DNA of 64,000 nucleotides from Mayamaea pseudoterrestris (lineage: Eukaryota): positions 744,001 through 808,000 of the forward strand of contig BROI01000002.1 of assembly GCA_027923505.1 (NCBI GenBank), in the 5' to 3' direction. The notes beneath the pieces are model-generated. The model ran no database searches, was not told the origin of the DNA, and saw only the letters and a list, made by a program, of their open reading frames with translations. Positions 23,972 through 37,100 of the stretch are shown piece by piece; the stretch's first letter is position 1; each line of letters starts with the position of its first letter. The translations under genes and the position numbers were made by a program.

Positions 23972-24317
23972 TTTGGTTTTATGAGCACCATCAGCGAGTC
24001 GTTTTCTCACACGGACCGTGACCGACGTTTTTGGTGGAGTTGCGCGATCCGTGACCGAGGGAACAAGAAGTGGCGCGCTGGCTTGCCGCCTGGCGCGTAT
24101 GTAGACTCGGAACCTGTATCGTGCATACAGTGTTGTACTTTCTAAAGCAGTCTGTGGATAATTTTCATCATCGCACCGGCACTCGCTGACGCACACTCAT
24201 CATTCGCGCGTTGACGCTGCACGGGCGAATGCCGATCACCATGAGGATCGCCTGCCGTCAATTTTGCTGTATTACCGATAGTCGAGAATCAACTTAACAA
24301 GCCCAACCTTTTAAATT

Positions 24318-25082
24318 ATGAGAAGCGAATTGTGTATTGTTGTCGCGGCAAGTTGCTGGCTGCCACTCTGCAGTGGATTCTTCGTCACTGCACCTTCGTC
24401 GTCCATTTCGACTTTTTCGACGACGCGTCAATCCAAAAGTACATTTCTTTTGGCAGCCGTCGCATTGGAACCAGAACCAGAAGGTGGCGAGGAAGTGGTC
24501 ACACAAAATACAGTGCCTGGATGCCGCATCAAAAAGATGGCAGCCGTGCCCGAAATCAGCAGTGACGATGGAGATGTCTACGAGTTTTGGTTGACGGCAA
24601 CGGCAGAAGCTGCCATGATTCAGGAGATCCGAACGACTGTTCTCAAAGATGCTGCCAAGAAGGCCAACTTTCCGGGGTTCCGAAAGGTGAATATAAGATT
24701 GTTTAATGGTTGTGAATGCCGCGTGTAATGCTTTTTTATACTCGTTCCGACTCACAGCGCACCTTTTCTTACAACACAGGGCCAAGTTCCCGAGTATGCG
24801 CAACCTCAGATTACTGGATTTGCCGTCCAGGAATCAATCATCAAGACTGTACAATCTGCGGTGGATGCGTACGGTTTGAAAGCATTGTCTGGCAGTGATG
24901 GCGAGGTCACTGTCAAGGAAGATGTCGCTAGCTTGGCCAAAGCTTACAAGAAAGGAGACTCCATACAGTTCACCGGCACTTTCAAAGCGGCAATGCCTAT
25001 AACAGCATCGGCAGCATCGGTGAATGAAAATGACGCAGTAACGGACGCAAGCGTCATTGATGTGGCCGCAGAAGCAGCATAA
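24318..25082 (+). CDS. Plastid-targeted trigger-factor N-terminal (ribosome-binding) domain protein; exons 24318-24686, 24780-25082
   Basis: Signal peptide plus CSG-FFV. Splicing (AAG|GTGAAT..CACAG|GGC) creates FPGFRKGQVP, the GFRxGxxP trigger-factor signature. Confidence 0.8.
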
Positions 25083-25631
25083 TGCGTCTCGAGTCTGCGC
25101 CTGAAAGCACGAAACGTAACCTATCGTTAGGCAGTATCTGCTAGCTAATTTCGTCATCTTGCCTCGTATACAGTCGATTTATCCGCATCTTGATCGTGCC
25201 TGCCTGCTGTTGGCACGAACGAGGTTCACTCTGCCAATGCATCCTTCTCTGTCGCCATGGAGATGCGTCTTTTATCGTCTGCTAAGCATCATAGTTCACA
25301 CTGTATAGTCTTCATGAGCCTTGAAACATACTTATTCATGAATGGCTACCAGTTACAGGTAGAAGTAATGCAAACACGACCAACTACCGGTACATACAGT
25401 AAATGAATCGCATCGGTACTTCAAAAAGTGTCTTGCGGCAGTTTCAATTTCAAATAGCTCGCGCCAGCCACCGCGTAGATTCAGTACCAAAGGCTACAGG
25501 CCATTCCTTGACGACGTTCGTTCCAACAACTTCTTCGGCGCGAGGTTGCTCCTCATCTTCTCCGGCTCTCCTTCATTGAATGATCCGTTGATACGTGTGT
25601 GTATACATATATAGACTAGTTATTACTCACC

Positions 25632-28435
25632 ATGGGTTGCGGTCATAGCAAGGCAGCATCTGCCATGCAGGACGGGCAGTCGAGGGGTAAGAAGAACAAG
25701 CACATACAGCAACAGTCGCGTCGCCAATGAATATTCTGTAGGGGCAGCAGCAGCATCTAACAATCACTGTCCGTCTCTGTTGCATCAGATGTTAATTTCA
25801 AAGCCCATTCTCATTCCACAAAAACATCCGATGAATCCATTAGCAGAACCGCCACGTTCATTGGCAAGCTTGCCGGCAATAACGTCGACGTTACCACCAC
25901 CATCAAGCCAATCTTGGATCCAGCCTCGAGCATTCCACACCGACGTTCCTCGGCCCGACAGACCAAGCCCAACGACTGGACCGTGCGGCCCGGCTACAGC
26001 AGCGGCGCCTCGTCGCTGGATGGAAGTACAGGCGACTTGAGCGACGACGGAAGTGTTTCGCCAAAGTCGTCGGTCAAGCGCGTTTCGTCGCGCAACTCGC
26101 TGGATCTTTCCAGGCACTCCGAGCGACTGGGGCTTGACGATTTGAGGCAGTGCATGGCGGAGAATGGAGATATATGTCAGAGTATTGTACGGATTGAGTC
26201 GTCCTTTGGAAAACCGATTGAGGAGGTTTATGACGGAGTTCACCAAGGTCCTGTGCTTGGATCGGGCGTCGCTGGAGTCGTTCGTCTCGTGACCCATCGA
26301 GCGACGGGTCTCAAGTATGCAGTCAAAACTCTTGATTTAGGTAGGTCTCAATGATTTTATTTTTCGTGTTGCAGTTAATGTCCATTCTCACATTGATCGA
26401 TCCGTTTGTTTTCGTCGCAGCTCTCATTGATACTGTGGAAGGCGTCAAGCAGCTTCGAGATGAAATCTTCATCATGTGCCAGCTAGACCACCCAAACATT
26501 GTTCGCATCGATGAAGTCTACGAGTCAACCAACGAAATATACATTGTACAAGAGCTGTGTCTCGGAGGTGACCTTTTTGATCGCTTGGATCAAAAGGAGG
26601 ACTATCATTACACGGAGGCCGCATGCGCGCGCCTTGTCAAACAAATGGTCAGCGCTGTGAGGTACCTTCACTCGAAGGGTATTGTACACAGGGACCTAAA
26701 GTTAGAGAATTTCCTTTTCAACAACTCTGCGGACAATTCGGATCTAAAGATGATAGATTTCGGACTATCGAAGCATTTTGATATGGGCCAAACGCACACG
26801 GAAATGGTGGGCACGCCGTACACGGTTGCACCGGAAATTATTCGCGGTACCTACGACGAGGCGTGTGACCTTTGGAGCCTGGGAGTCATTACATATCTAT
26901 TGCTGAGCGGTGAGACTCCCTTTGGTGGACTCGACGGCGAGAACATGCTTGTAGTGAGACAGAACATTATGCGAGCGCAAGTAACCTTCAAACCCGCAGA
27001 TGTTTGGGCGAATGTTAGTCCCGAGGGCAAGGCATTTGTGAAGAAATTACTCCAAGCTGATCCGAAGAAACGGCCGACTGCCAAGGAAGCGCAGAAGGAC
27101 GAGTGGATTCAAGTTTGGGCCAAAAAGGTAAGTCCGAATGATGAGCTTTCGCAATTTCTATTTTATTACCTATGCTAATGTGTATGCCCACAATCGTTCA
27201 GGACGCGAAGGAAGGTGGGAGCCTCAACCCGAAAACTGTTAAAGCCTTGATGGCGTTCAAGGAGTCGACGCAAATGCAAAAGATACTCTCGGAAGTTCTG
27301 AGCTTTACCCTTTTGCCGGAGCAGATGCTGGAGTTGAGGACAGAGTTTGAGAAAATTGACACAAATGGTGATGGTGAAATATCGCTTGATGCTTTGAAGA
27401 AAGTGTTGATGGAAAGTGATACTGGATCTCTTGGTGCACAAGAGATTGACGATATATTTGAATCGATCCGTTTCAACAAGAGCGAACCTATCGTTCGTTG
27501 GCATGAATTTCTCGCTGCTGGATTGTCGCAGGCTCGGGTTGACGATCGCAATCTTAGAATTGCGTTTGACCGACTTGATAGTGATCGAAAAGGGTGAGTC
27601 TCTATGTTTCGCTTTTTAAACCGCTGAGATTTATTTGATTATTTACTAACATTATGTCAGGTTCATATCATTCGAGGACCTGCAAGGCCTCATGGGAGGT
27701 AGCACCGCATCTGAAGAACTTGAAAAAATATGGAAGGACAGTTTGCTCCTAGTCAAGTCGCATTTAAATCAAATCACGTTTGAAAGCTTCAAGCAATTGA
27801 TGAAAGGACAAGGTAAAAACGACAGTCGATCTGCCTTCGTTGCGCTTAACACCAGCAAACGTGCTGGCGAGAGCGCTCAGTTCATGCTTCCGGAACAATC
27901 GTTGACTATGGTAACGGAAGGCGTTGAGATGGAAGCCATCCTGCCTGTGAGTGAGGATGAAGAAGACGAAATGATTCCCATGCCTCATTACACTAAGAAG
28001 AGGTCGCGATCTTTCGAAGAAAAGGTGTCGACATGGCAAGACACCCATAGCAAGAGCGAATCTTTTTTGCCTTCCACGCAAGCAAATGACATTTCAATGT
28101 CGTTCATTGTCAATGCAGATGGACTGGACTTGGAGACAGACCATGGAGCTTCCTCTCTTCTTGTCAATCGAGCCGTTTATCGTAAACATCGAGGAATGCG
28201 ACTTGCCGTTGCTGAAGCATCAAAGCAGTTTGACAAAAAGCGCACGGAAATTCGCGACAAAGACACGAATGTTGCAAGTCACGCTGGTCTCATCATGAAA
28301 CGCGGTTCGGCGCCTCCAGTCGCCTTGGAAGACGCTCATCGGCAAGCGTTATTCCAAGCAGCTGCGAATCGAGCTGGTCGTCGACGTTCACGAAATCATA
28401 CAAAGACTGTGTCTGACGTTACAGGCCTCCTTTAG
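25632..28435 (+). CDS. Calcium-dependent protein kinase (CDPK) with N-terminal MGC acylation motif; exons 25632-25686, 25789-26340, 26421-27127, 27202-27593, 27661-28435
   Basis: LGSGVAG, YAVK, HRDLKLEN, DFG, APE; EF-hands DTNGDGEISLD and DSDRKGFISFED. All four GT..AG introns keep the frame. Confidence 0.92.
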
Positions 28436-28473
28436 TACATATATATGGAATTTGAAGTATGTTTACACTAGCT

Positions 28474-31238
28474 TTACTTAAATTCGTCCCTGAGCTGCTG
28501 TAGCATCTCTATCATCTCGGATACCTTTTTCTCGCCCTCCACGTTGTTGTCGCGGGTGCGAATGTTCACCGTTCCATTCTTTACCTCTTGCTCTCCGACA
28601 ACGAGCTGGAAATTGTATTGAGCGATTTGTGCGTTTCGAACCTTCTTTTGGAATGTATTCTTCGACAGATCGACGTCAGCATAGAAACCGGCTGAGTGTA
28701 GCTGCTTTCGAACGTCGTCGCAATAATCATTCCAGTCGGCATGCACAGGGATGACTGATACTTGTCGCGGACTCAACCACAACGGCCACTTGCCTCCGTA
28801 ATGTTCGCACAGCACGGCAAACATTCGTTCGACACTTCCCAACATTGCGCGGTGAATCATTACCGGTCGGGCAAATTGCTTGCCTTCCTCCTTACTTGCC
28901 GTTGTGTATTGCAAGTCGAAACGAATTGGTAGTTGGAAATCAAGCTGGATCGTGGCACATTGGTGGACGCGCTCCATTGCATCCATGACCTTAATATCAA
29001 TCTTGGGTCCGTAAAATGCACCATCTCCAGGGTTGACGCGCCATGTACCCTTGCCGGAGAACGTGTCCATCGCTTCAGCTAAGGCCGCTTCGGCTCGATT
29101 CCACAGGTCAATTTCGCCCAGCGCTTTCTTGGGGCGCGTCGATAATTCGAGTTTGTAAGTCATGCCGAAAATATCGTAAACGTATTTCATAAATTCCAAA
29201 GCAGCAATTACTTCGGCCGTGATTTGATCCTCGCGGCAATAGATATGAGCATCGTCTTGCTGGAACCGACGGACTCGAGTCAAGCCGCTGAGTGCTCCCG
29301 ATAATTCGTTGCGGTGCAAGACACCAAAATCAGCCATGCGAATTGGTAAATCACGATATGACCGAATGGCACCAGCAAAAATTAGGCAGTGTCCAGGACA
29401 ATTCATGGGCTTCATTGCCCATTCTTGTCCCTCAACGTCGAAGCAAAACATGGCGTCCTTGTAATGCATGGCGTGGCCAGATTTGTGCCACAAATCTAGG
29501 TTGTAAATGTTTGGTGTGATGACTTCGTCGTAGCCGCGTACCCAGTATTGCTGCTTGATAAACTCAACCAGCTTGTTGTAGATGCGCGCCCCATGCGGCA
29601 GCCAAAAGGCGCTGCCCGCCGACAAATCGTGGAACATGACGAGCTGCTGCTTGCTGGCAATAACTCGATGGTCTCGCTCCTTGGCCTGGAAAGGGAATTA
29701 ACAGGTATACAGAGTGAGAATGGAGGACGAATTGTTGTTTTCCAAACACTATCGGAGCGACTAGGGAAAGCTCAGAAGAATCAGCGGATAATGCTTGTCG
29801 GTCATGTGGTTTCCGAGAATGAGATTCATTTTTGTTTCCTCACAGCTTTGTGTAAGACTACACGAAAGCAAAAATTCCACGAACTAACCTTTTCCTGATT
29901 CTCCTTCCATACTTTCAGCATTTTCTTATCCGGAAAGCTAACGCCGTACATGCGCTGGAGTGTATCATTGTCGGCCTCGCCTAACCAGTAGGTCGAAGAG
30001 TGCCGAGTTGCGCTAAACGCCTTGACCTTGCCCGTATGCGAAAGATGCGGACCCCGGCACAAGTCAATCAAGTCTCCGCAGCGGTAGACGGTGGTGCGCG
30101 AACCATCCGGAACCTTTGTGGTGAGAATGTTCACCTTGAACGGATTGTCCGCAAAAAGTTCCAAACCTTCCTCCTTGGTAATGACCATGCGTTCGAATGG
30201 CTGCTTCTCCTTGACAATTTTTGACACTTCTGCTTCGACCGATGAGTCTGCATCAATTTGTTTGGTACGGAAAAGTGGAACGATTAATAGTGTGAGATGA
30301 TGCGCGAAGTCTAAATCGCGATAAGCGTAGCAGACAACATCGCTTCAAAGAACAGTTGACTACAACTCACAATCATCTTCCTTCAACGCATCCGTTCCCA
30401 TGAAGGAATCATAGTAGAAACCACCAGCTAGTGGCGGCCCAATGGTCAATTTGCAACCAAACAAATGTTCCAGCGCTTCACCCATCATGTGCGCCGACGA
30501 GTGCCAAAAGACCGTCTTGGCGTCGGCGTCGCCTTCAAACTTGAGTAGCTCCAGTTTGGAAACGTTACCAACTAGTGGTCGCGTCATGTCCCACAGAAAG
30601 GTCATGTTGTTTTCGTTCTTGTCGCCATTTGCGTCATTATCAGCATCATCGTCACTACCAATCAAAAGCGTATCGGGCGCCTCCATACCGTCTCGTTCCA
30701 AACTATAGTCGCTGCAAAAGTCTGCGTACGTGACGCGCGCTACCGTCGCCGCATCGGCCAGTCCCTGCGAAATTTCGCATGCCACACTATATGGCGTGGT
30801 GACGTATGACGTGAAGGCTTGCTGATTCTTGTCATGCGTCAATACTTTGCCGTCAGGCATGGTGATTGTAATTGGCACTGGCACTTGTGCGGAAGCTTCC
30901 TCCAGTCGACGCTGCTTGATTTGATCGTAGGTTGACACGCGATGTTGGAGCCACGCAGGTTGCTTGGTGCGTGCTGTAAAAGAGTCTCCTCCAATCTTTT
31001 TGCTGCTGCTCGCGTCCATCTTTGGACCACTTCCAGCAACGGCACGACGGCCCTGTCCGCCGCCTCCAGCTGATGAAGATGGCTTTGGAGTAGTAGCAGC
31101 AGCAGCAGCAGCAGGTTCACTAGGCGTCGCACTTGCAGCATTCCAATCCGGTTGGGCGACGCCAGGTGCATCCAGAACGGTCCATTTTGGGGTTGATTGC
31201 ACGGCAACGGCTGCAGCGTCCTTGGAAGGTTTGCCCAT
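28474..31238 (-). CDS. TARS1: Cytosolic threonyl-tRNA synthetase; exons 31238-30371, 30247-29889, 29685-28474
   Basis: [51 protein letters not shown]. Confidence 0.97.
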
Positions 31239-31600
31239 GATGCTGATACTAGGAGAAATGTCTGATTGCTATAATAGAGAAATCTCTCGCACGGGAAAGA
31301 GGACAAGAAGTGTAGCACGGAAAGATGCAAAGGATCGGCAATGGTGATGGAAGAGGATGAGCGGTTCCTGGTGGGTGACATACTGTCGCACTGGTTCTGA
31401 AGATCTTTTCCTCGTGCGACGGCCAGGCGCCGAAATCGTCCCTCGACCATGATGAGCAGCGGTCCACACAAAATTGGTTCATCCTCCTTGCCTGGCAATC
31501 ATCAAATACTTTTGTCAAACTATTTTAGCTCGAATCGAAGATTAGGTAGATCTGCGACTCGGTAACTCACGTATTATTTTGCAACTACTTTAACTGAAAA

Positions 31601-34093
31601 ATGGAAACGATTGCGGCTGCTGCTCCGACGGAAGAAATCGTGAGCGATCCTTCGCCGGAAGAAGCGGATATGAAGGCACCAACGATCACAGATCCTGCCC
31701 CTATCAATGGAGACGAACAAGTAGATTCTGCTGCTGCTGAAGATGAACAAACTCCTGCGGAAACTCGTACCGTCGAGGAGCAAACTGGGTTGCCGCCAGG
31801 CGCGACCTATATTTCGGCCCCTCCAGCGCTTACTGCAGAAAATGATGACGACGACGACGGAGAAGATCTCTTTGGAGACTCGGATGAAGACGACGACGAT
31901 GATGACGATGAAGAAGAAACTAGTTCTGCTGCCCCAATCGAAACTGTTGCATCCTCGCCTCCTCCTGTTGCCAACGGCGGTAATGACGCAGCTGCTGCTG
32001 CAACTTCTCCTCCGCCAGACAGCAGCAACAACCCCATTGACGAAATCGTATCTGAACCAAAATTGGCTTCCATTCCCCGCAAGCAGCCATCAACTCCAAC
32101 GTCAGCTGCTTCACCTCCAGCAGCAGCAAAGACTTTCTCCTCACCACCATCCACTACTTCGACTGCCGCTTCGTTTGGTCTACCCTCCACGACCAAGATT
32201 CCCAAGTCCGTCACGCCCCAAATTCTCAACGGCAAGCTACTCGACTTACTCAAAACGCTTCCGGTGCACATGATGAACGACGCCCTTCAAGAGTACGACG
32301 ACGCCGTGGACGTGAAGGGCTACTCGTCCATTCGCAACCACGGCGCCTACTTGCATGGCGTGGTCAAGCGCTACGTGAGTGTCCAGGAGCGAGCGAATAG
32401 TGAAGGCTCCAACGTGTTGCCCATGGGCGAGTCGCTCACGCCGACGATCAACGAGCGACTGGAGCAATTGGTTTCGTCCGGATTTTGTACGCGGGATGAA
32501 ATGAACGATAAAGTCAAGAGTAAAATTCGCATGCTTTCGGAAAAGGATGCGCTCTTTGCTTTGGATGAGTTGCGTACGGTGGATCGGGCGTCCATTCGCA
32601 ACTTTGGTTCCTACTTTATGGGTAAGTATGAGAAGAGATGGATCGATGGATGATGGGAAAATTGTCCTTACAAGAAATGTTTTGGTGTCTCACTCTCATG
32701 CTATTCTTTTACAGGTATTCTCAATCGGTACATGCGTGGAGATGTTACTTCCAAGGCTCGTCCTTCACACCATGAACAACCGTCCGAGCGCCACCAGCAG
32801 CGCGGTGGCAGAACCAAGGATCGTCAGTATCGTGATTCAGCGTCCAATTTTCATCCTCCTGATCGCGATCGGTCTAGGGATCGTTACGGCAATGAGGGCA
32901 TGCGTCAGCCAAATCCATATGGACCTCCTCAGCCGCAAGCTTACGACAATCGTCAAAATGCGTATACGCAGCCGCCACAGCCTCCTCAGTGGCAGCAGAT
33001 GAATCAGCAGGCGCCGCCAAACAATCGTTCCATGATGCCTGGAAATCAGCAGGGACACATGTCTGGGAATTACGATAATAGTTACTTGCCACCTCTTCCA
33101 GCACAAGCGCCACCGCAGCAGCAGCAGCCGTATCAGATGCAAATGAACAGCAACTCGAGTAACAATCCCATGTTCAACTCGCAAGGATATCCCCCGCAGA
33201 ACTTGCAGCAGCAGCAACCTCCTTCCTCGTTCGATAATAATCAAACCTACTATCAGAACCCGCAATCAATGATTGGACAGTCGCAGCAACAGCATCCGCC
33301 ATCTCAGTACGGCATGCAGCAGATGCCCCCGCAGATGAACCAGCCACCGGCTGTATACTCGCCGCCGCAACAACAACCGCAAACGGGATATGGTGCTAGT
33401 GGCCCAATGATGAACAGCCACCAGGTTGGAGGCGGCCCCGGAATTGTGCCTGGTTCGTACGGCCCATCGTCTGGTGCCGGGCCTCATGGATTACCCGGGT
33501 CATATAATCCTCCTACTGGTAGTAATTGGCAGCAACAGCCGCCGCCGCAGCTCGATATTATGGGTCTTGCGGACAAGGCTGCGTCAGCTGTTCAGGCGTT
33601 ATCCTCGCAAAGGGGAATGCCGCAGCAGCACCATCAGCATCACCAACCTCCACCAATGATGAGCAATTATGGAGCGCCATCTATGAGCCAACAGCCAATG
33701 CCAGGACAGTATCAACCGTACGGCGGCGGCGCACCTAGTAGTGGCTTGCCTCCCATGGCGCATCCAGGCATGCAACAGCCATCTTACCAAACTGCAACGG
33801 GTCCGCCACAAATGCAGCAGCAGGGCAACGATGCTTTTAAACGACGCACTCAAGCGAGGATAGAAGATCTACCTCCGTCGGTTCAGTACGCTGTGCAGAA
33901 CATCCAGGCCACTGGAGCCGTCGATGGTCCACTTGATCCGGGCATTCTGGGCATGATCTTCGATCTTCCAGAAGATCTGGCCCTAGGTGCGATCCAGCGC
34001 TTTTCTGCTATTGATCGGAGCGCCATGCGAAGCAAGACGGCGTATTTGGCTGGACTCTTGCGACGCGAACTGGAGAAGATTAATCGACGTTAA
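31601..34093 (+). CDS. Protein with three hnRNP-Q acidic (NURR)-like helical domains and a Q/P/G-rich low-complexity region; exons 31601-32621, 32715-34093
   Basis: Three copies of (S)IRNxxAY/SYxxGxxxRY-type endings: [47 protein letters not shown]. Confidence 0.7.
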
Positions 34094-34191
34094 TATTGTT
34101 TAGTCTATAGCACTCGTACGTCATGTTTATTGTTCTGTAAACCATGATCGTGTTTGGCCATTCCAAATATTTTAACTTTACTCGCTAATTA

Positions 34192-37100
34192 TTATTTACT
34201 CATGAGCTGTCGAACGCCTTCCCAGTCGCCAGGTGGTATACGATTCCGTCGTTGCATATATTGGATGAGGCATCTACAAGCGCCATCTCCGAATGAATTT
34301 CGAACGCGTATGACCTCTTCATCGTCGCAAGTCTCATCAAAGAGCTGATCCTCCATATTTTCGTTATCAAGGTCGATGTAGCCTTCTTCGAGTACGGTTC
34401 GTATCATAATATTGTCGGCTTCCCTTAGTATCTTGCAAGCAGATTCCCACTTGCCCTCTAAGTAGAGATCGACCCCTTCTTTAAAGGTATGCATGAAGTC
34501 GGCGGTGACGTGTTGTCGCATGGCCTTGAGGTCCTGATCAGTTTCCCATATGGCACTTGAGTACAGTTCAGCGTCAAGGTCAGCAAGCTCAGGCGGCCGC
34601 TCAAAGAGGAAAAAGTTGACGCCTTCGTATCGCGCATCATATGTAAAGATCCGCTGTGGTACACTGCTGCCTTTAACAAAAACGGTATCAAGATGCCGCA
34701 GTTTCTGCCGCGCAGCTCGCGACATCAATTCTTCAACAGCTTGGCTCATGAGAAGTGTGACACCATATTGCTTGGAGGCGCTCATCATTCTAGACGCCAT
34801 GTTGACGTGAGGCGAAAGATATGTGGCGTCAATTTTGTGTTCGCTTCCCACGGCTCCTTCAACTGCCCAACCAGCATCCATGCCGTAGATAGCACTGGCG
34901 AAGTATGCGCCAACACCACCACCGAGGCGAAAATCCTGACGCCAACTCTGCAACTTCCGATCGCGATGAATCCCAGCAAAAGACTTTAACAAACCCAACA
35001 AAGCTCTATCTGTAAAAGCCTGGATGCCTGGTAAGCTTGCCAGAGCAACCTGACCCTCCGTTGCGTCCGTTGCATTTCGCTTCTTCATCTGCTTCATTTT
35101 AGCTTTCATACTGCGTGTGACTTTGGTGCTGGTGTTAAAAACGACATCTGTCGCCCTTTTCTTCTTGTCATGTACATCGGTGAAGTCTCCGATACGGAAA
35201 ACCATTAAGAACGCGCCACCCAAGTTTTTGTTGCATTGTCCAGAATCACCAAGAGCCCACCTGTATACCTCCTCGTGCACCACCTTTGCAACATCATTTA
35301 TAAGGATTAATACATCATTACCAAGATCCAAAACTCGCGAGAAATCGTTTACAGCGACAAAACCAAACAGAGCATAGACGCGTTTGCCCGGAACAGTAGG
35401 ATTAAAAACCACGGTGGCTCCAGCCTCCGTGCGAGCAAGGTTAGCGGAAATAATTCCAGCACCAGCGACTCCCCAACACTTTCTCAAAAGATCGGCAATC
35501 TTGGAAATTGCAGTTATGAGCTGCTCAGTTTCATAATTTCCAAGCTGGTCACCGCCTTCGGGTATCAATGCGTCAGCATGCGCGAGTGGATTCTCAGCAT
35601 CTGATGAGGGACAGGTGACATGAGCTCCGCAACAAAGAGATAGACGTACAAAAGCAACTAACATATACCACTTACATCTCACGACAATTTTCAGCATGCG
35701 CCTCAGCGGTTCCAAAACAAGCCGTGCAATGTCGCCTCGCATTACTGCGAGCGAGGATAATGTTAAAACGAGCATGCATACCATCAGTATGAAAAGAGTC
35801 AACATGCTATCACATGGAAATGCATATTTTGTCAGATGTGCGATTCGTAATAGCGCAATAGCGCATCATGTTGATAGTTACTTACGTGAAAGAAATTACA
35901 TCGCCTTGTTCCATAAAGGCAGTCACTTGGAAGTCTGCCGTGCCCAACCCAAAATCAACAGCTATGTCCTCATTTACTTGCGTGTATTCGACGATACCCT
36001 CAACGCGAGCTCCGAGTCTTTCGGCAAAATATTCTGATGAAGCTAGGGAGGGATCAAGTGGATTGAAAGTGGCCCAAAATTCACATTGGCTCACCTTGGA
36101 CAAAGACTCAGGACATGCGGTTATGACTCCCGAAGCCTCTTGCCAGTCACATCGAACAGGCAGAACTTGCGCCCAGAGAAGCAAAGGAATATCATACGTG
36201 CCACCTTGTTCGTCAATCTTATAGTCAGTTGTCGCTTGAGCTGTGCTCTCTACCCATGAAAAAACAGCGTTGCGCAGATAATCGCATTCATCGGTAGAGT
36301 TGGAAAGCAAATTATTCTGCGCGAGTAACTTAACCAGCTTATCGGAAGATTGATTGGATGATCCTAATGTATAAATAACAGGATAGACAGCGACCATCAA
36401 CATACTAGCACAGAAACCAAGTGAGTGAGTGTTTAAACCATGCAAGGAATGTCACGGAAAAACTTACAGTAGCGCCAGAGATCGATGAGTGTTGACGGCC
36501 ACAAGTGATGTCCCTATGTTTGCGGCCTTCTTGAGCTGTCGATCATGGGCCGATGTGGGCCCTGTGGGTGCATCCTTGTCAGTTTCGTCCTGTCAAATAC
36601 GAACGAGATATTTTTTAGTAAGTACGGAGCAGTAGTAGACGAAAGTCAGACAATTGTTGCAGAGTGTAGAGCGTACCTCCAATAGAGTTGGAGATTTTCT
36701 AAACCAACTTCGAGCTGCTGTGCCCGACTCTGGTCCCCCCACAAATATAGTTTGAAGAAGAGCTAACAAGAAATAAAGTCGTAAGTACGACCAGTTCCTT
36801 TCGCTAGAAATACACGAACATCGCGCAGCGTACTTACTCGTTCCTTGTCCATCTAAGTCTTCGTCAAACATGCTTCGAATCCACATTTGCTTCCAATGAC
36901 GAATAAGTGCAAACATTCGCAAAAACATCAATCCAATGACAAACCGTCCTTGTGTCATTTTGACTCTCGTGGACCCTGTGACTGCCAACATTGCGGCATG
37001 CTGCATACTGAAGGCGACGCTTCCAGGTGCATCGCATCTATCGCGCAAAATACATGGCATTTCAGGAATGAATAGGATCAATGCGAGCGATTCACAAAAT

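Noticed and set aside
28435..28474. Very short gaps between convergent genes (also 7264/7313, 21368/21419, 45580/45660)
   Set aside because: Ordinary for compact diatom genomes.
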